Shown: positions 48,310-59,715 of the stretch, piece by piece | Position numbering within the stretch: the stretch's first letter is position 1 | How the letters are laid out: each line of letters opens with the position of its first letter | NCBI GenBank assembly: GCA_963674945.2 | Contig: CAXXWQ010000002.1 | Location: 352,001 to 416,000, forward strand | Direction of reading: 5' to 3' | Length of the DNA stretch: 64,000 nt | Source of the DNA: an uncultured Desulfosarcina sp. | GTDB lineage: Bacteria; Desulfobacterota; Desulfobacteria; Desulfobacterales; Desulfosarcinaceae | Notes under the pieces: generated by a model | Told to the model about the DNA's origin: nothing | Seen by the model: only the letters and a program-made list of their open reading frames with translations | Database searches by the model: none | Position numbers and translations under genes: made by a program

Positions 48310-50208
48310 CGTACATTCCGCACCCTTTTTCGAGGCTCTCTGTTCATTTTTTTTACTTTTACGGATTGAAAAATACTTCCGGACTGACGTTCAGCGCCGT
48401 TAGAAATTCAAGCTGAACAGTCCTTAGCGGTTTTACCAATTGTCTTCGTTTTCCTGATTTTGCTACCAGAATGCTTAAGAACTTCGTCGTCATCATAAAA
48501 GAGGTCGGACGCTTGGTTGGGCGGTTTTTCCATCCGGTGATTTCGCTTTCCGTTTTTTCTAAATGAAGCCGCATGCAGCGTTCCATCAAACGCCAAATGA
48601 GAAGTGCAATGAGCAGCACCAACCCGAGCACCTCAATACGGTTCGGCTTTTTCAAAAAGATGCTGTTGACGATAACCGGATCTTTCAAGAATCCAAAGTT
48701 TTGCTCGATGCCGCTCTGGTTTTTGTATAACGTTAAAAGGGTGACGGCAGGCCATTGGTACAACTCCTGTTGGCCGGACAGGTTGGATAGTAATACAAAG
48801 CATCCGGCTTCAAGACGTAGGGGCGCGACGGCATCCGCATCCACATCGATCTCTACATCGAGAAGATATTCATAACCGATTGGCGTGCGTGTTTTCCCTT
48901 TGGCGGGCCGTCCCCTGGGATATTTGGGCTCTTCTTTGATTTCATATTGTAGCTTGTGATAGCTGCGCTCAGCGGCTTTTTGGATTTTTTCGGCTGCCGC
49001 CTCGGCATCCGCCAGACAATAAAAAGGGCCTGCGTTGATTTTTTTGCAGTTTGTTTCAAGCTCCTTGCGTTTTTGCCCAAGCAATCGATCGATCAATACG
49101 CTTATGGCGCCTTTTATCATGCGCGGAGGAGTGAATAACGATAGCGCGGTACGTTTCATCGTACAGCTCAACGGTGGTTTCAAAGCCACGGTAATACGCT
49201 GCGGGACGTTTTTTCGTGGCCGGCGTTTCATTGAGTTTGCCCAAATCGATCCAGTTATCGGCGGCTACAGCATCAAAAATGGCACGGCCGCACTCCTTGT
49301 AGGTGGCCGGTAGCCGTGTCAGAAATTTTACATTTTTCTCTTTCGCTTTCACCAGATTGTCAGGCGTGACAAAGGCCGAGTCCGCGACATAAACGAAAGC
49401 CCCTGGTTCGAGACCGTGTCGGGCCATGTGCCGGGAGACACCTGCCAACAGTTCGTTGTTCAACGTCTTGTCCGATGCGTTACCGTCCTCGCATGTCCCC
49501 AAAATGGGAATATTGCGATCCACGCACAGCATCGAAACGAGAAACTGTTTCAGATCGGGTCGCTTGTCTTTGCTATGGCCATACGTGATCTTCAGCGGAG
49601 GATCGCTAAAATCATAATCCCCGAAAACGCTGATGGAGGTGGTATCAAAATGCAAACGACGGGGATCGATGTCAAAGATGCCAATCGCGTTTTGCGCAAT
49701 CTGTGAGAACACCTTTTGCGTACCGGTGTCGAATATCTTGTCCAGCACGCGGCCCAGATTGTAGTCACAGAAAAGTTCCGGTTCGACATCGTGGCCCAAA
49801 ATCAATTCGGCATCCTTTTCCTGGAAAAATTCTTCAAGCCGGTACAAAGGGGTTCTTCCCGAAAGTGTATCCAACACCATGGCCAGAACAGCGATTCCCG
49901 GTGAAAGTTCCATTTCACTGTCGACCATGGCGTCCAATGTTTCAACCAGCTTGATCTTTTTGGCAAAGTCTTTGATGATCGGTAGGTGGCCGACCTCGGA
50001 GAACGTCAGATTTTCAGGAACCAGATTGTCCATTTTGTCCTCTCAGCGTTTGAGTTGAAGCCTGTGAGGACATAACTACCAGAAATTACTATCAATGTCT
50101 ATGCATAAATTATTTCTTGTTATATCAATATGTAAAATATTTTATCCTCTTGGAGTTATTACAAAATAAATTCATCTGGAATCGTCTAAAAATGGTGTCG
50201 AAAGTAAG
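48310..50208 (-). mobile_element. IS1634-family insertion sequence
   Basis: IRs CGTACATTCCGCACC / GGTGTCGAAAGTAAG; 6-bp TSD ATTTAA at 48304-48309 and 50209-50214. Confidence 0.9.
48359..50033 (-). pseudogene. IS1634 transposase frameshifted by a 4-bp duplication
   Basis: HFDTTS, GHSKDKRPDLKQ, VADSA in 50033-49056; YKNQSGIEQNFGFLKDP in the other frame; junction ATCGATCGATC at ~49084-49094. Confidence 0.85.
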
Positions 50209-50274
50209 ATTTAACTTATCAGCTACAACCTACAACCAATGATCTATGAACTAATATAATTAAAAATTGACTTT

Positions 50275-51396
50275 ATGTTCTCATCCCATCGAAAAACGCG
50301 CATTATGCAGATAACTCATGATCTTGCAATTGGCGGACTTCAGCAGGTTGTAGTTAATATCTGCAGGACAATAAACAAAGAAAAATTTGATATATCTGTT
50401 CTTTGCCTTCGTGAACTAGGGGAGTTTGTTCCAGATGTTGAAAAAATTGGAATTAAGGTTTTCTATCTTCCTCAGAAAAATATTGGTACGGATTATTTTG
50501 CTTTTCTGAAAGTAGCTAACATTTTAAATCGTGAGCGGATAGATGTTATTCATACCCATAATACTCAGCCATTCACTGATGGAACTCTTGGTGCACTTTT
50601 AGCAGGTGTAAAAAATATTGTTCATACAGATCATGCTAGAAATTTTCCTGATAAAAAGAGATATATGTTTTCAGAGTGGTTTATGTCTCATTTCGCATAT
50701 AAAGTTGTAGGTGTTTCAGATCATACATCAAATAATCTTATGAAATATGAATATATATCTCCAAAAAAGATAGTAACCATTACCAATGGTATTGATGGTT
50801 CAAGATATGACATTACTATAGATAAAAATAAGAAGAGACAGGAATTAGGGATTAATTACGATGGCCCTGTAATAGGTCTCGGTGTAAGACTTTCGCCTCA
50901 AAAAGGAATTACATATCTTCTAAGGGCTATGCCGGATGTTATAAACAAATTTCCTAATATTTCACTTATAATCGCTGGAAAAGGAGAACTTGAAAGGGAA
51001 CTAAAACAGGAAGCTATTAATCTTGGAATTAATAACAATGTTTTTTTTGTTGGCCCAAGGCTTGATATACCGGAACTTTTGAAATTGTTTGATTTATATG
51101 TTCTTCCCTCACTTTGGGAAGGTCTGCCAATGGTATTAATTGAGGCAATGGCGGCTGGTTGTCCTATAGTTGCTACTGACGTAGGGGGAAATTCAACTGT
51201 TATAAAGCATGGAAACAACGGTTCCCTAATTCAGTCAGAAAGTCCACATTTATTAGCTTCAGAAATTATAAAAATATTGTCTGAAAATAAGCTAAAGAAT
51301 AAATATATTTCAAATAGCCTCGAAATTTTTCAAAAGAAGTTTAGTTCAAAGATAATGACAACAGAATATGAGAAACTATATTTAAGATCTGATTGA
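50275..51396 (+). CDS. GT4 glycosyltransferase
   Basis: GGLQ, HTHN, PSLWEGLPMVLIEAMA. Confidence 0.92.
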   Translation: MFSSHRKTRIMQITHDLAIGGLQQVVVNICRTINKEKFDISVLCLRELGEFVPDVEKIGIKVFYLPQKNIGTDYFAFLKVANILNRERIDVIHTHNTQPFTDGTLGALLAGVKNIVHTDHARNFPDKKRYMFSEWFMSHFAYKVVGVSDHTSNNLMKYEYISPKKIVTITNGIDGSRYDITIDKNKKRQELGINYDGPVIGLGVRLSPQKGITYLLRAMPDVINKFPNISLIIAGKGELERELKQEAINLGINNNVFFVGPRLDIPELLKLFDLYVLPSLWEGLPMVLIEAMAAGCPIVATDVGGNSTVIKHGNNGSLIQSESPHLLASEIIKILSENKLKNKYISNSLEIFQKKFSSKIMTTEYEKLYLRSD

Positions 51397-51447
51397 TAAA
51401 CATTATTGAACCACAAGAATATTTATGAGACTATAAAGGGGGAAATA

Positions 51448-52482
51448 ATGACAGAAAAAGTTTCATTTTCTGTTACAACCTACGAGGGTCATGAAAAAGA
51501 AGTCCTTGAGATTTTAAATAGGAATAGACCTGAAAAGTTTTCGGTTAAATATTTAAACTGGCGCTATTTGGGAGAGAAATCGCCTATACCTCCGATCGTT
51601 TTTTGGATACATTCAGAAGATGGCACCCGTATAGGTATGTCTGCTCTAATATTTCGTTCTTATTGGGTAAACGATAAAAGACATTATTTTGCAATTAGCG
51701 GAGATACTTCAATAAGTAAGGAATGTCGAGGAAAAGGTGCTGGTAAAAAATTATTTAAATTCAAAACTGCATATATAAAAGATAAACGATATACTTGTGC
51801 ATTTGGAATTGGAACTCCAGCTGCGGTTAGAGTTGTTTCTCATGCTGGGTGGGAGACTGTAGACAATCTCTCTCCATATGTATATCTGATAAATATCTCG
51901 GGCAAAATATATAAAGTTATTAAAAATAAAAGTTTAGCAAAAATTATTGAGTATCTTTACGTCTTATGCAGTAAAACCAAATTGTTTTTATTAAAAAATA
52001 GCTCTTATAATTTAATAGCAGTTGAAGACTTCGACGACTCTTTTGATTCTTTTTGGGTGGAATTAGACAAAAAAAATATTGTCCTACGAGATAGAAGTTC
52101 TGCTATACTACGCTGGAGATACTCTACACACCCTTTTGAAAAAATATCAACATATAAAATTATTAGGAACCAGAAATTTGTGGGTTATATTATTTGGAAG
52201 CAATTAAACAATATGGTTATTATATATGATTTAATTGTTATTGAAAAAGACCATATAAAGCCTTCACTAAGATTATTTATTAAGGAAATCTTAAAAATAA
52301 AAGAAATTGAATCGATAAGAATTCCTTTGATAAACGTTAACCATCCATATGCTTCAAAATTAATAAAAACCGGTTTTATAAAAAGATCTGATGAGGGGGT
52401 CTTTCAAATTTATTCACCTACTAACACTGAAGAATATATTTCAAAGAAATGGTTTGTTTCCAATGTTGATAAAGATATATAA
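51448..52482 (+). CDS. GNAT-family acyltransferase
   Basis: YLNWRY, CRGKG acetyl-CoA loop, LRWRY..HP. Confidence 0.75.
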   Translation: MTEKVSFSVTTYEGHEKEVLEILNRNRPEKFSVKYLNWRYLGEKSPIPPIVFWIHSEDGTRIGMSALIFRSYWVNDKRHYFAISGDTSISKECRGKGAGKKLFKFKTAYIKDKRYTCAFGIGTPAAVRVVSHAGWETVDNLSPYVYLINISGKIYKVIKNKSLAKIIEYLYVLCSKTKLFLLKNSSYNLIAVEDFDDSFDSFWVELDKKNIVLRDRSSAILRWRYSTHPFEKISTYKIIRNQKFVGYIIWKQLNNMVIIYDLIVIEKDHIKPSLRLFIKEILKIKEIESIRIPLINVNHPYASKLIKTGFIKRSDEGVFQIYSPTNTEEYISKKWFVSNVDKDI

Positions 52483-52554
52483 GTAATTTACAAAATATAA
52501 CTCATAAATATAAGAAAATAAAAGAAGCAAATTATTCTTTCAAGGATCAGTTCT

Positions 52555-53745
52555 ATGTCACAAGTCAAAATAGTAGTTGAAAGTGAATTTGTAGGCTTTA
52601 ATTCAGGTTGGCCGACAAGATATATTGGTTTGATCACAGAGTTATACAAAAAACATCAACTGACAATATTCGCCCCTGGCGATACATCATTGTTTAAGAA
52701 ATTATTCCCAGAATCTTCAATTTGTGCAAAAACTGACTTGCCAACAGAAAATAATACTATCAGTCGTTTTAACTTATTCAAAGAACTGATATTTCCTTCA
52801 AGGAATAAGCCATTGAAATCAATTTTTCCTTACTGTCCGAAACTTCATGAAATAATAAAACAGGATCCGAACATTTATAACGTGTCAATTTATTTTGGTA
52901 GGAATTCATTTGTGTATTATGGTGAAGAAGATTGCAGCTCTAATATACTGTGTGATTTTTGTGATTCATTTCTACGGCATTTATATAATGAGCTAAGTAA
53001 TACACAGAGTATTCACGGGAAATTAGGAATCATTTTTGATATTTTCTATGCTCGAAGATTTAAAAAAAAATATTTTACACCCAATATAACTATCCTTTCC
53101 ATCACAAAAAAAGACAGTAGCTATATCTCATCAGTATTATCTAAAAATATGGTTTATACTATTCCGAACGGAATTAAATTACAGGATATTGATTATAAAA
53201 GCGATTTGTTGAAAAAAAAATACATTTCTCCATACATTATATTTATTGGGAGCCTTGATTATGAACCAAACATAAAGTCAATTCTTTTCTCGTTGGAAAA
53301 TCTATGGCCGGAAATACATGCAAAATTTCCTGAGATGATTTTCAGAATTGTTGGACGATCACCGGCACAAAGACTAAAACGAGTTGTAAAAGATATTAAT
53401 GGCGTTGAGCTCGTTGGACCAGTAAAAAGTGTTGAGGAATATTATCTTAATGCAAAGTGTTTTCTGGGTCCAATTTTTTCTGGTGGTGGTTTAAAGAATA
53501 AATTTTTAGAATCTATAAATACAGGTACTCCTGTTATAACAACTTCAGAAGGTTCTTTTGGAATTGGTATGGTTTCTAAGAAGCATGGTATAATCGCTCA
53601 AACAAAATCTGATTTGATTGGCGGGACTTTGGAACTGTTATCTTGTTCAGAAAGAGAATATTTTCAATATGTCAATGAAAATCTTATTTTGGCGAAAGAG
53701 TATAGCTGGGAAAAAGTAGGTGAGTTATTTGATAGAATTTTGTAA
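52555..53745 (+). CDS. GT4 glycosyltransferase
   Basis: IPNG, FIGSLDYEPN, GGGLKNKFLES. Confidence 0.85.
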   Translation: MSQVKIVVESEFVGFNSGWPTRYIGLITELYKKHQLTIFAPGDTSLFKKLFPESSICAKTDLPTENNTISRFNLFKELIFPSRNKPLKSIFPYCPKLHEIIKQDPNIYNVSIYFGRNSFVYYGEEDCSSNILCDFCDSFLRHLYNELSNTQSIHGKLGIIFDIFYARRFKKKYFTPNITILSITKKDSSYISSVLSKNMVYTIPNGIKLQDIDYKSDLLKKKYISPYIIFIGSLDYEPNIKSILFSLENLWPEIHAKFPEMIFRIVGRSPAQRLKRVVKDINGVELVGPVKSVEEYYLNAKCFLGPIFSGGGLKNKFLESINTGTPVITTSEGSFGIGMVSKKHGIIAQTKSDLIGGTLELLSCSEREYFQYVNENLILAKEYSWEKVGELFDRIL

Positions 53746-53836
53746 TATGGGCTTGGTTGAAACAGGTATAAATTAAAAAACCGATTCGTTCAACTCATGT
53801 AAATTGGGGCTTGATAATATAGGATTTGGAGAAAAA

Positions 53837-54688
53837 ATGAAAACAATATTGCGTGGATATTTTGGGCACCATAAGTGTGCTTCATCATGGATCAATGGCA
53901 TCCTGCAAGGATTTTTACTTGATACTGGTTATATTTATAAACAAGTCTTTAGATCTAAAGACTTTGAAAAAGATTTCAATAAATATATTTACGATAATAA
54001 TATTGACTTTATATCTTATACAAACGCTAATTATGCATGTGTGAAAACCATAGACGTTTACAAAGGTTTTCACGTGATAAGAGATCCGCGTGACATGGCT
54101 GTATCGGGGTATTTTTCTCATTTAAACAGTCATCCGACTGATGATTGGCCTGAATTAATACCACACAGGGAAGCTTTGAAAAAGTTAACAATTGAAGAAG
54201 GGCTCATCATGGAATTTGAATTTTCAAGGCAGTTTTATGAGCATATGTACGACTGGAATTATGAGCAGTCAAATATACTTGAATATAAAATGGAGGAATT
54301 TACTAAGGATCCTTTTAACAATTTTATTGAAGTATTGGACTTTATGGGTTTAGTAGATTTAGATGAGTTCACCACCAAAAAAAGGATAAAAGATTTACTA
54401 ATAATCTTATCAAACAAAATGTATCGAAACTATCAAAAATATGGTTCATTCCATTTAAAGTACAAAACAATACCTGCTGAAAAGTTATTTGGCAAAATAT
54501 TTAATCATCGATATTCCAAGTTGTCAGGTGGCCGTACTAAAGGTAAAGAAGATGTAAAAAAACATTATCGGAAAGGTGTTCCCGGAGATTGGAAAAATTA
54601 TTTTACCGGTGAACATCGTGAATATTTTAAAAAAGAATATAACGATCTTTTATTGAAGTTGAGGTATGAAAAAGGTAGTAATTGGTAA
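53837..54688 (+). CDS. Sulfotransferase-domain protein
   Basis: HHKCASSW, IRDPRDMAVS, YRKGVPGDWKNYF. Confidence 0.88.
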   Translation: MKTILRGYFGHHKCASSWINGILQGFLLDTGYIYKQVFRSKDFEKDFNKYIYDNNIDFISYTNANYACVKTIDVYKGFHVIRDPRDMAVSGYFSHLNSHPTDDWPELIPHREALKKLTIEEGLIMEFEFSRQFYEHMYDWNYEQSNILEYKMEEFTKDPFNNFIEVLDFMGLVDLDEFTTKKRIKDLLIILSNKMYRNYQKYGSFHLKYKTIPAEKLFGKIFNHRYSKLSGGRTKGKEDVKKHYRKGVPGDWKNYFTGEHREYFKKEYNDLLLKLRYEKGSNW

Positions 54689-54935
54689 AAGTTTATTGCC
54701 GCTGCTGAAGGAAGAAGCAACCTAATTATTCCACATGATATCAGATTTATAATCTATTTTTACTTCTCATTATTTGCTTTGATAAAAATATTTCAGAAAG
54801 TTTTGAAGAAAAAACGTTAATAAATCTTGGGTTTTTATAATGTAAACACACGAAATCGCGCGATCCATTGGCGCACGGGCATCCGGCTCACTGAATGATA
54901 TTCATCGTGTGTCTACAGTTATACAGAAGGCGAAG

Positions 54936-55931
54936 ATGAGAGTCAAATTTATCGACAATGCAAAGGCAATTGCGATCTTACTTGTTGTTATAGGTCATAC
55001 CGATGGAATATCAAAAAATTTAGAAAATTTTATTTTCAGTTTCCATATGCCAGCATTCTTTTTTATTTCAGGTTTCCTACTAAAAGACAAGAAACTTAAT
55101 CTAAGCTCAATTAACTATTTATGGATTCAAATCAAAAGCCTGGTTGTTCCATACTGTTTTTTTGGTATTATTTCTATTTTATATTTGTTTGTAAATAGTT
55201 TCGTAAAGGGTCTGGATATCGATATTTACAAAATAGTTGTTGGTTTCATATATGGTAATAGCGAGGGGCTAACTAATAAAGTTTTATGGTTTTTTACCAC
55301 TCTATTTTCTACATCTATTCTCTATTATTTTCTTTCTAAGAAATTTAGAAATGGATACATATTTATTATTTCGCTTGTACTAAGTTTTATTGTAGTTAAC
55401 TTTTATAAGAACATTAATTTCCGGCCACCATGGAATATTGATCTATCAGCAATAGCAATGATTTTTTATACTGCGGGAAAATATTTCTCGTGCAAAAAAT
55501 ATTCTATTGACTCTTCGGTATTAAATAAAATATTAAAAATTGTTTTATTTGTTTTTTTAGTGATAGGTCTATTTTTCATATCTGGTCTCAATGGCAGAGT
55601 TGATATGGCTTTCATGACGTTTAAAAATCAAGTGCTTTTTATAATTAATGCTTTTATTGGGATATCAATATTATTACTTTTGGGATCATCTTTTCCATCT
55701 AATAAAGTATCCTTATATTTGTCAAAAAATACGATAATAATATTCCCCTTACATCCCATTATTTTTAGTATTTTTACTGGATTAGGAATGATCGTCTTCA
55801 CTCAGCCTCATGATTTTCAGAACAACATAATTTGGTCCATAATTTATACTTGTGGCGCACTAATATTATGCCACCCGATATCTGTTTTCTTATTTAGATT
55901 TTTTCCTATAATGTTAGGTGGTCGGAAATAA
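54936..55931 (+). CDS. Acyltransferase-3 family membrane O-acyltransferase
   Basis: IDNAKAIAILLVVIGH, FHMPAFFFISG, LWF. Confidence 0.88.
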   Translation: MRVKFIDNAKAIAILLVVIGHTDGISKNLENFIFSFHMPAFFFISGFLLKDKKLNLSSINYLWIQIKSLVVPYCFFGIISILYLFVNSFVKGLDIDIYKIVVGFIYGNSEGLTNKVLWFFTTLFSTSILYYFLSKKFRNGYIFIISLVLSFIVVNFYKNINFRPPWNIDLSAIAMIFYTAGKYFSCKKYSIDSSVLNKILKIVLFVFLVIGLFFISGLNGRVDMAFMTFKNQVLFIINAFIGISILLLLGSSFPSNKVSLYLSKNTIIIFPLHPIIFSIFTGLGMIVFTQPHDFQNNIIWSIIYTCGALILCHPISVFLFRFFPIMLGGRK

Positions 55932-56268
55932 AAGGATTGGTGCTTAATGAAAACAGTAGTTTTAGTGATGCGTAATGCGTGATAAGTGAAGGACTAAAGG
56001 ATATAAACAATAGGAGGGAATAGACAGTAGGCAAAGACCTTGGAGATTGGATCGGGGGACAAAGAACGAAAACTAAGTGATGGTAATGAATTATGAGTAA
56101 TGAGAGGTTTAAAAAAACAACCTCTTCCTCTTATTATGATCTGAGAAATTTGAAAAATTTGAAATTTTCCTGATTTTAAGATTTTGGGCCCGAAATTTTT
56201 TGAAATAAAACAGAAGATGCAAAAGCACGTAGCAATAAACCTAATAAAAATAGGCAAATAAGACTACT

Positions 56269-56568
56269 TTAAAGCAAAAATATCCTCAATAAGAGGGCGC
56301 TGATGAGGTGCATCCCCCGGAAATTCAGCCACCGGACCCACCACTGCCCGTAGAAAGCATAAGCCTTTTTGATTTTAAGACCCCGTTGAATATTGTAAGC
56401 TGCCTGCAGCATCAGGCAGTCAAACTTGATTTTGGCGATAGTCGTGAATCTGGCCCTTTGAGCATTGTCGTGAAGATGACTCAAGCCGAAATACTGCTCA
56501 ACAATATTGCGTACCATGGTGGTCTGTTTTTTTCTGCATTTTTCAAATCTGTAAGGTCTCAATTTCAA
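56269..56568 (-). pseudogene. C-terminal DDE transposase remnant
   Basis: VRNIVEQYFGLSHLHDNAQRARFTT..AAYNI; the 5' part is missing. Confidence 0.6.
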
Positions 56569-56664
56569 TATGTTATATTATTATGTTTATACATTTGATT
56601 TCAAAGTTTTACAAGTGCTTGGCCGCCTCGTGAATAAATACGAAAAAAGAATACTGTTTTTAAT

Positions 56665-58122
56665 ATGTCAATAGTCCATAAAGCTTTCAAGCAGGTGTCA
56701 TGGCTTGCTCTATTCAAATTAGTAAGTCAGATTTTTTCATGGCTAAGTACTATTATTGTTGCGAGATTACTCTTGCCAGATGACTATGGCCTTATGGAAA
56801 TGGCAACAATTTTTACTGGATATGCTGCAATGTTTAGTGAGCTAGGATTAGGTTCTGCCATTATACAACGCACCAAACCAACACAACATCAACTATCATC
56901 ACTATTTTGGTTTACTGCCTTTATTAGTCTATTTTTTTCATCAAGTTGTTTCGTGTTAGCCTATCCCACAGCATTCATTTTTCATGAGCCACGAGTAATC
57001 CCACTCACACAAATGGTTTCGGTTATTTTTCTGACTGATGGTTTGCAGATTGTTCCTTTAAGTCTAATGAAAAAAGAATTAAATTTTAAGTTATTAGGAT
57101 TAATTGAGATGTGGAGTGTGTTTATTTCATGCATTAGTATGATTACCATTGGATACTTAAATGGGGGAGTTTGGACACTACTTTATGGGTACATCACAAG
57201 ATCTTTTACTAAACTTATTTTAATATTTTTTTTTCAAAAATGGAGTCCGAAATTTTCTTTTGAATATAAAGAAGTTAAAGATTTTATAAAATTCGGTGTA
57301 GTGGTTTCTTTAGGGCGCTCTCTTAATTATATGTTTGAAAAGTCAGACAGGTTCTTTGCTGCTCGGGCATGGTCTTCTAAAGTGTTGGGGCAATATGCAT
57401 TTGCATTTCAGCTTGCACAATTACCCACTGAAAAAATAGTTTCATTAATTACTCAAGTTTCTATGCCGGTGTTTGCTCAACTTCAAAACGATAAAATTAA
57501 TTTTAATGATTTTTATTTAAACGTAAATAAAGCCATTATTTCTTTTGTTTTGCCATTGTTTTTTGGGGGATTTCTTCTCGGAGAAGATTTAATCAAAATA
57601 GTTCTTGGAGAAAAATGGATCCCAATAACCTTTTTATTCAGGGTGCTGTGTTTATCACAAATTTTTATGGGGATAAGCTCAATTAATAATACGACGAATA
57701 TTGCACAAGGGCGCCCGATATGGAATATGTATTTTACAGGAGCATGTGCTATTTTAATGTCAGTATCGTTTTTTATTGCTGTTCAGTACGGCTTAAATGC
57801 TATTTTAATTCCTTGGTTAACAATATATCCCACATTATGCTTTATATTATTAATTGCTACTATTAATAAAATCGGAATTAATATCAAACAATATTTATTT
57901 AATGTAATAACCCCATTTACAGCTATTGTTGCTATGACCATATCTATTTATTTTTGTGATAGAATTCTTATCTCGTTGTTAGATGAAAAAATAATATCAG
58001 TTTTTACTCTACTTATTAAAATCATAACTGGTGGGGGAACCTATATTGGTGTTTATTTGATTCTTGATAAAAAATTTATAAAGAAATTTTTTACAATGAT
58101 AAAAAGGGATCTTAATAAATGA
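56665..58122 (+). CDS. wzx: Wzx flippase (WzxC-like)
   Basis: ARLLLPDDYGL, LGLGSAIIQ, LGQY; many TM helices. Confidence 0.9.
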   Translation: MSIVHKAFKQVSWLALFKLVSQIFSWLSTIIVARLLLPDDYGLMEMATIFTGYAAMFSELGLGSAIIQRTKPTQHQLSSLFWFTAFISLFFSSSCFVLAYPTAFIFHEPRVIPLTQMVSVIFLTDGLQIVPLSLMKKELNFKLLGLIEMWSVFISCISMITIGYLNGGVWTLLYGYITRSFTKLILIFFFQKWSPKFSFEYKEVKDFIKFGVVVSLGRSLNYMFEKSDRFFAARAWSSKVLGQYAFAFQLAQLPTEKIVSLITQVSMPVFAQLQNDKINFNDFYLNVNKAIISFVLPLFFGGFLLGEDLIKIVLGEKWIPITFLFRVLCLSQIFMGISSINNTTNIAQGRPIWNMYFTGACAILMSVSFFIAVQYGLNAILIPWLTIYPTLCFILLIATINKIGINIKQYLFNVITPFTAIVAMTISIYFCDRILISLLDEKIISVFTLLIKIITGGGTYIGVYLILDKKFIKKFFTMIKRDLNK

Positions 58123-59312
58123 ATTGTTTATGTCCTAAAACTAAAATATTATTGGTGGGTGCTGGGCCTTTTGCTTTAAAATCAAGAATTAAAAATGACA
58201 AATTGTTTTACTTAAGCCAAAATTTTGCATGTAGTTATATTACCCCTCTTTTTCAAGCTGAACATTATGAAATAAAAAAAAATATTGGGATTGATAAAAT
58301 TATAGTTGATGGAGTTAAAATATACTCTTATCCTTATTATTTGGGGAATAGTTTGTTGAGAAATTTTATTTCTGGTTTTCATATTATTTCTAAAGCCTTA
58401 AAAATTAATTATAAGGAAAACATGAAATATAAAGTTATCATTTCAACAAACCCTCTTTTTATAGGATTGATTGTTATCATCGTCGGTGCGATTACAGGTG
58501 CAAAAACAATTATTGAAGTTAATGGTAATTTCGAGGATGCATTTAAATATGGATATACATACGATACAAAATTAAAAACCTTTGAAAAAATGAAGGAGAA
58601 AATTTCTAGGCTTATTATTACTATTGTTGTGAAAAGAGCCGATATGGTAAGACTTCTTTATGATAAACAGCTACTTCCTCTTGGTTTAAGTGAAAGAAAA
58701 TTTCCCAATATAATAAGTTTTTCAGATTTTGTTCCAGTAGAACAATTTGTAAAAAGTAAAAAATCAGATAATAAATATATTCTGTTATTGGGTTTTCCAT
58801 GGTACTTGAAAGGTGTTGATATTTTAATTAAAGCATTTAAAAAAATTCACATTTATATTCCTGAATATAGACTAAAGATTGTTGGTTGGTGTCCTGAAGG
58901 ACGGGAATACTATGAAAATTTAGCAAAAGGTAACTCTAATATAGATTTATGTAATCCGGTAAATTATAAAGAAGTTATTCCTTTAATGGCAAAGTGTTCT
59001 TTATATGTGTTAGCTTCTCGTACTGAAGCCATGGGGAGAGTCTTAATTGAGGCAATGGCCTGCAAAAAGCCAATAATAGCTTGCGATGTGGGAGGCGTTT
59101 CATGTATTGTAAAGAATGGATTTAACGGCTTGTTGTTTGAAAAAGAAAATGTTGATGATTTAGCTGAAAAAATAAAAATTGTTTTGTCGGATCAAAAATT
59201 AGCATTTGAATTAGCTGAAAACGGATATCAATTTGTTCAAGCTATGTTGTCCGAAAAATGTTATGTTCAAAACTTTAGGAATATGATCGAGAAAGTTGTT
59301 AAGAATAATTAA
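58119..59312 (+). CDS. GT4 glycosyltransferase
   Basis: KGVDILIKAF, SRTEAMGRVLIEAMA. Confidence 0.9.
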   Translation: MNCLCPKTKILLVGAGPFALKSRIKNDKLFYLSQNFACSYITPLFQAEHYEIKKNIGIDKIIVDGVKIYSYPYYLGNSLLRNFISGFHIISKALKINYKENMKYKVIISTNPLFIGLIVIIVGAITGAKTIIEVNGNFEDAFKYGYTYDTKLKTFEKMKEKISRLIITIVVKRADMVRLLYDKQLLPLGLSERKFPNIISFSDFVPVEQFVKSKKSDNKYILLLGFPWYLKGVDILIKAFKKIHIYIPEYRLKIVGWCPEGREYYENLAKGNSNIDLCNPVNYKEVIPLMAKCSLYVLASRTEAMGRVLIEAMACKKPIIACDVGGVSCIVKNGFNGLLFEKENVDDLAEKIKIVLSDQKLAFELAENGYQFVQAMLSEKCYVQNFRNMIEKVVKNN

Positions 59313-59715
59313 TACTAATATTGAGCATGGGACAAATATGAACCTGTACAGTACAGCAACTTATATTGGATTATTAGAAATAATATTATGAATTTTGCCT
59401 TCATCGAAATTATATAGGGCACAAATTGTCTTTGGCGGCACCCATATAATTGTTTGTTTAATCTAAAGCAACAAGAAAAAGAGAGTTCTTGGCTTAACAA
59501 ACTTGGGATCTTTGAATAAGGGAATTAAATTTATTTTAGATGGTTTGTTTATAAAATAGTTGAAGCAATTATCAATTTCAATATACTTGTTATGTTGGTG
59601 AGATTATGACTCTCGCGAATTCAAACGGAGGGTAAAACCAATACGTCAATATGCCCCCCACAATTTAAATGCTCTCCATTCAAAATGGTATTTTTTTACA
59701 ATTCTTTTCATTATT

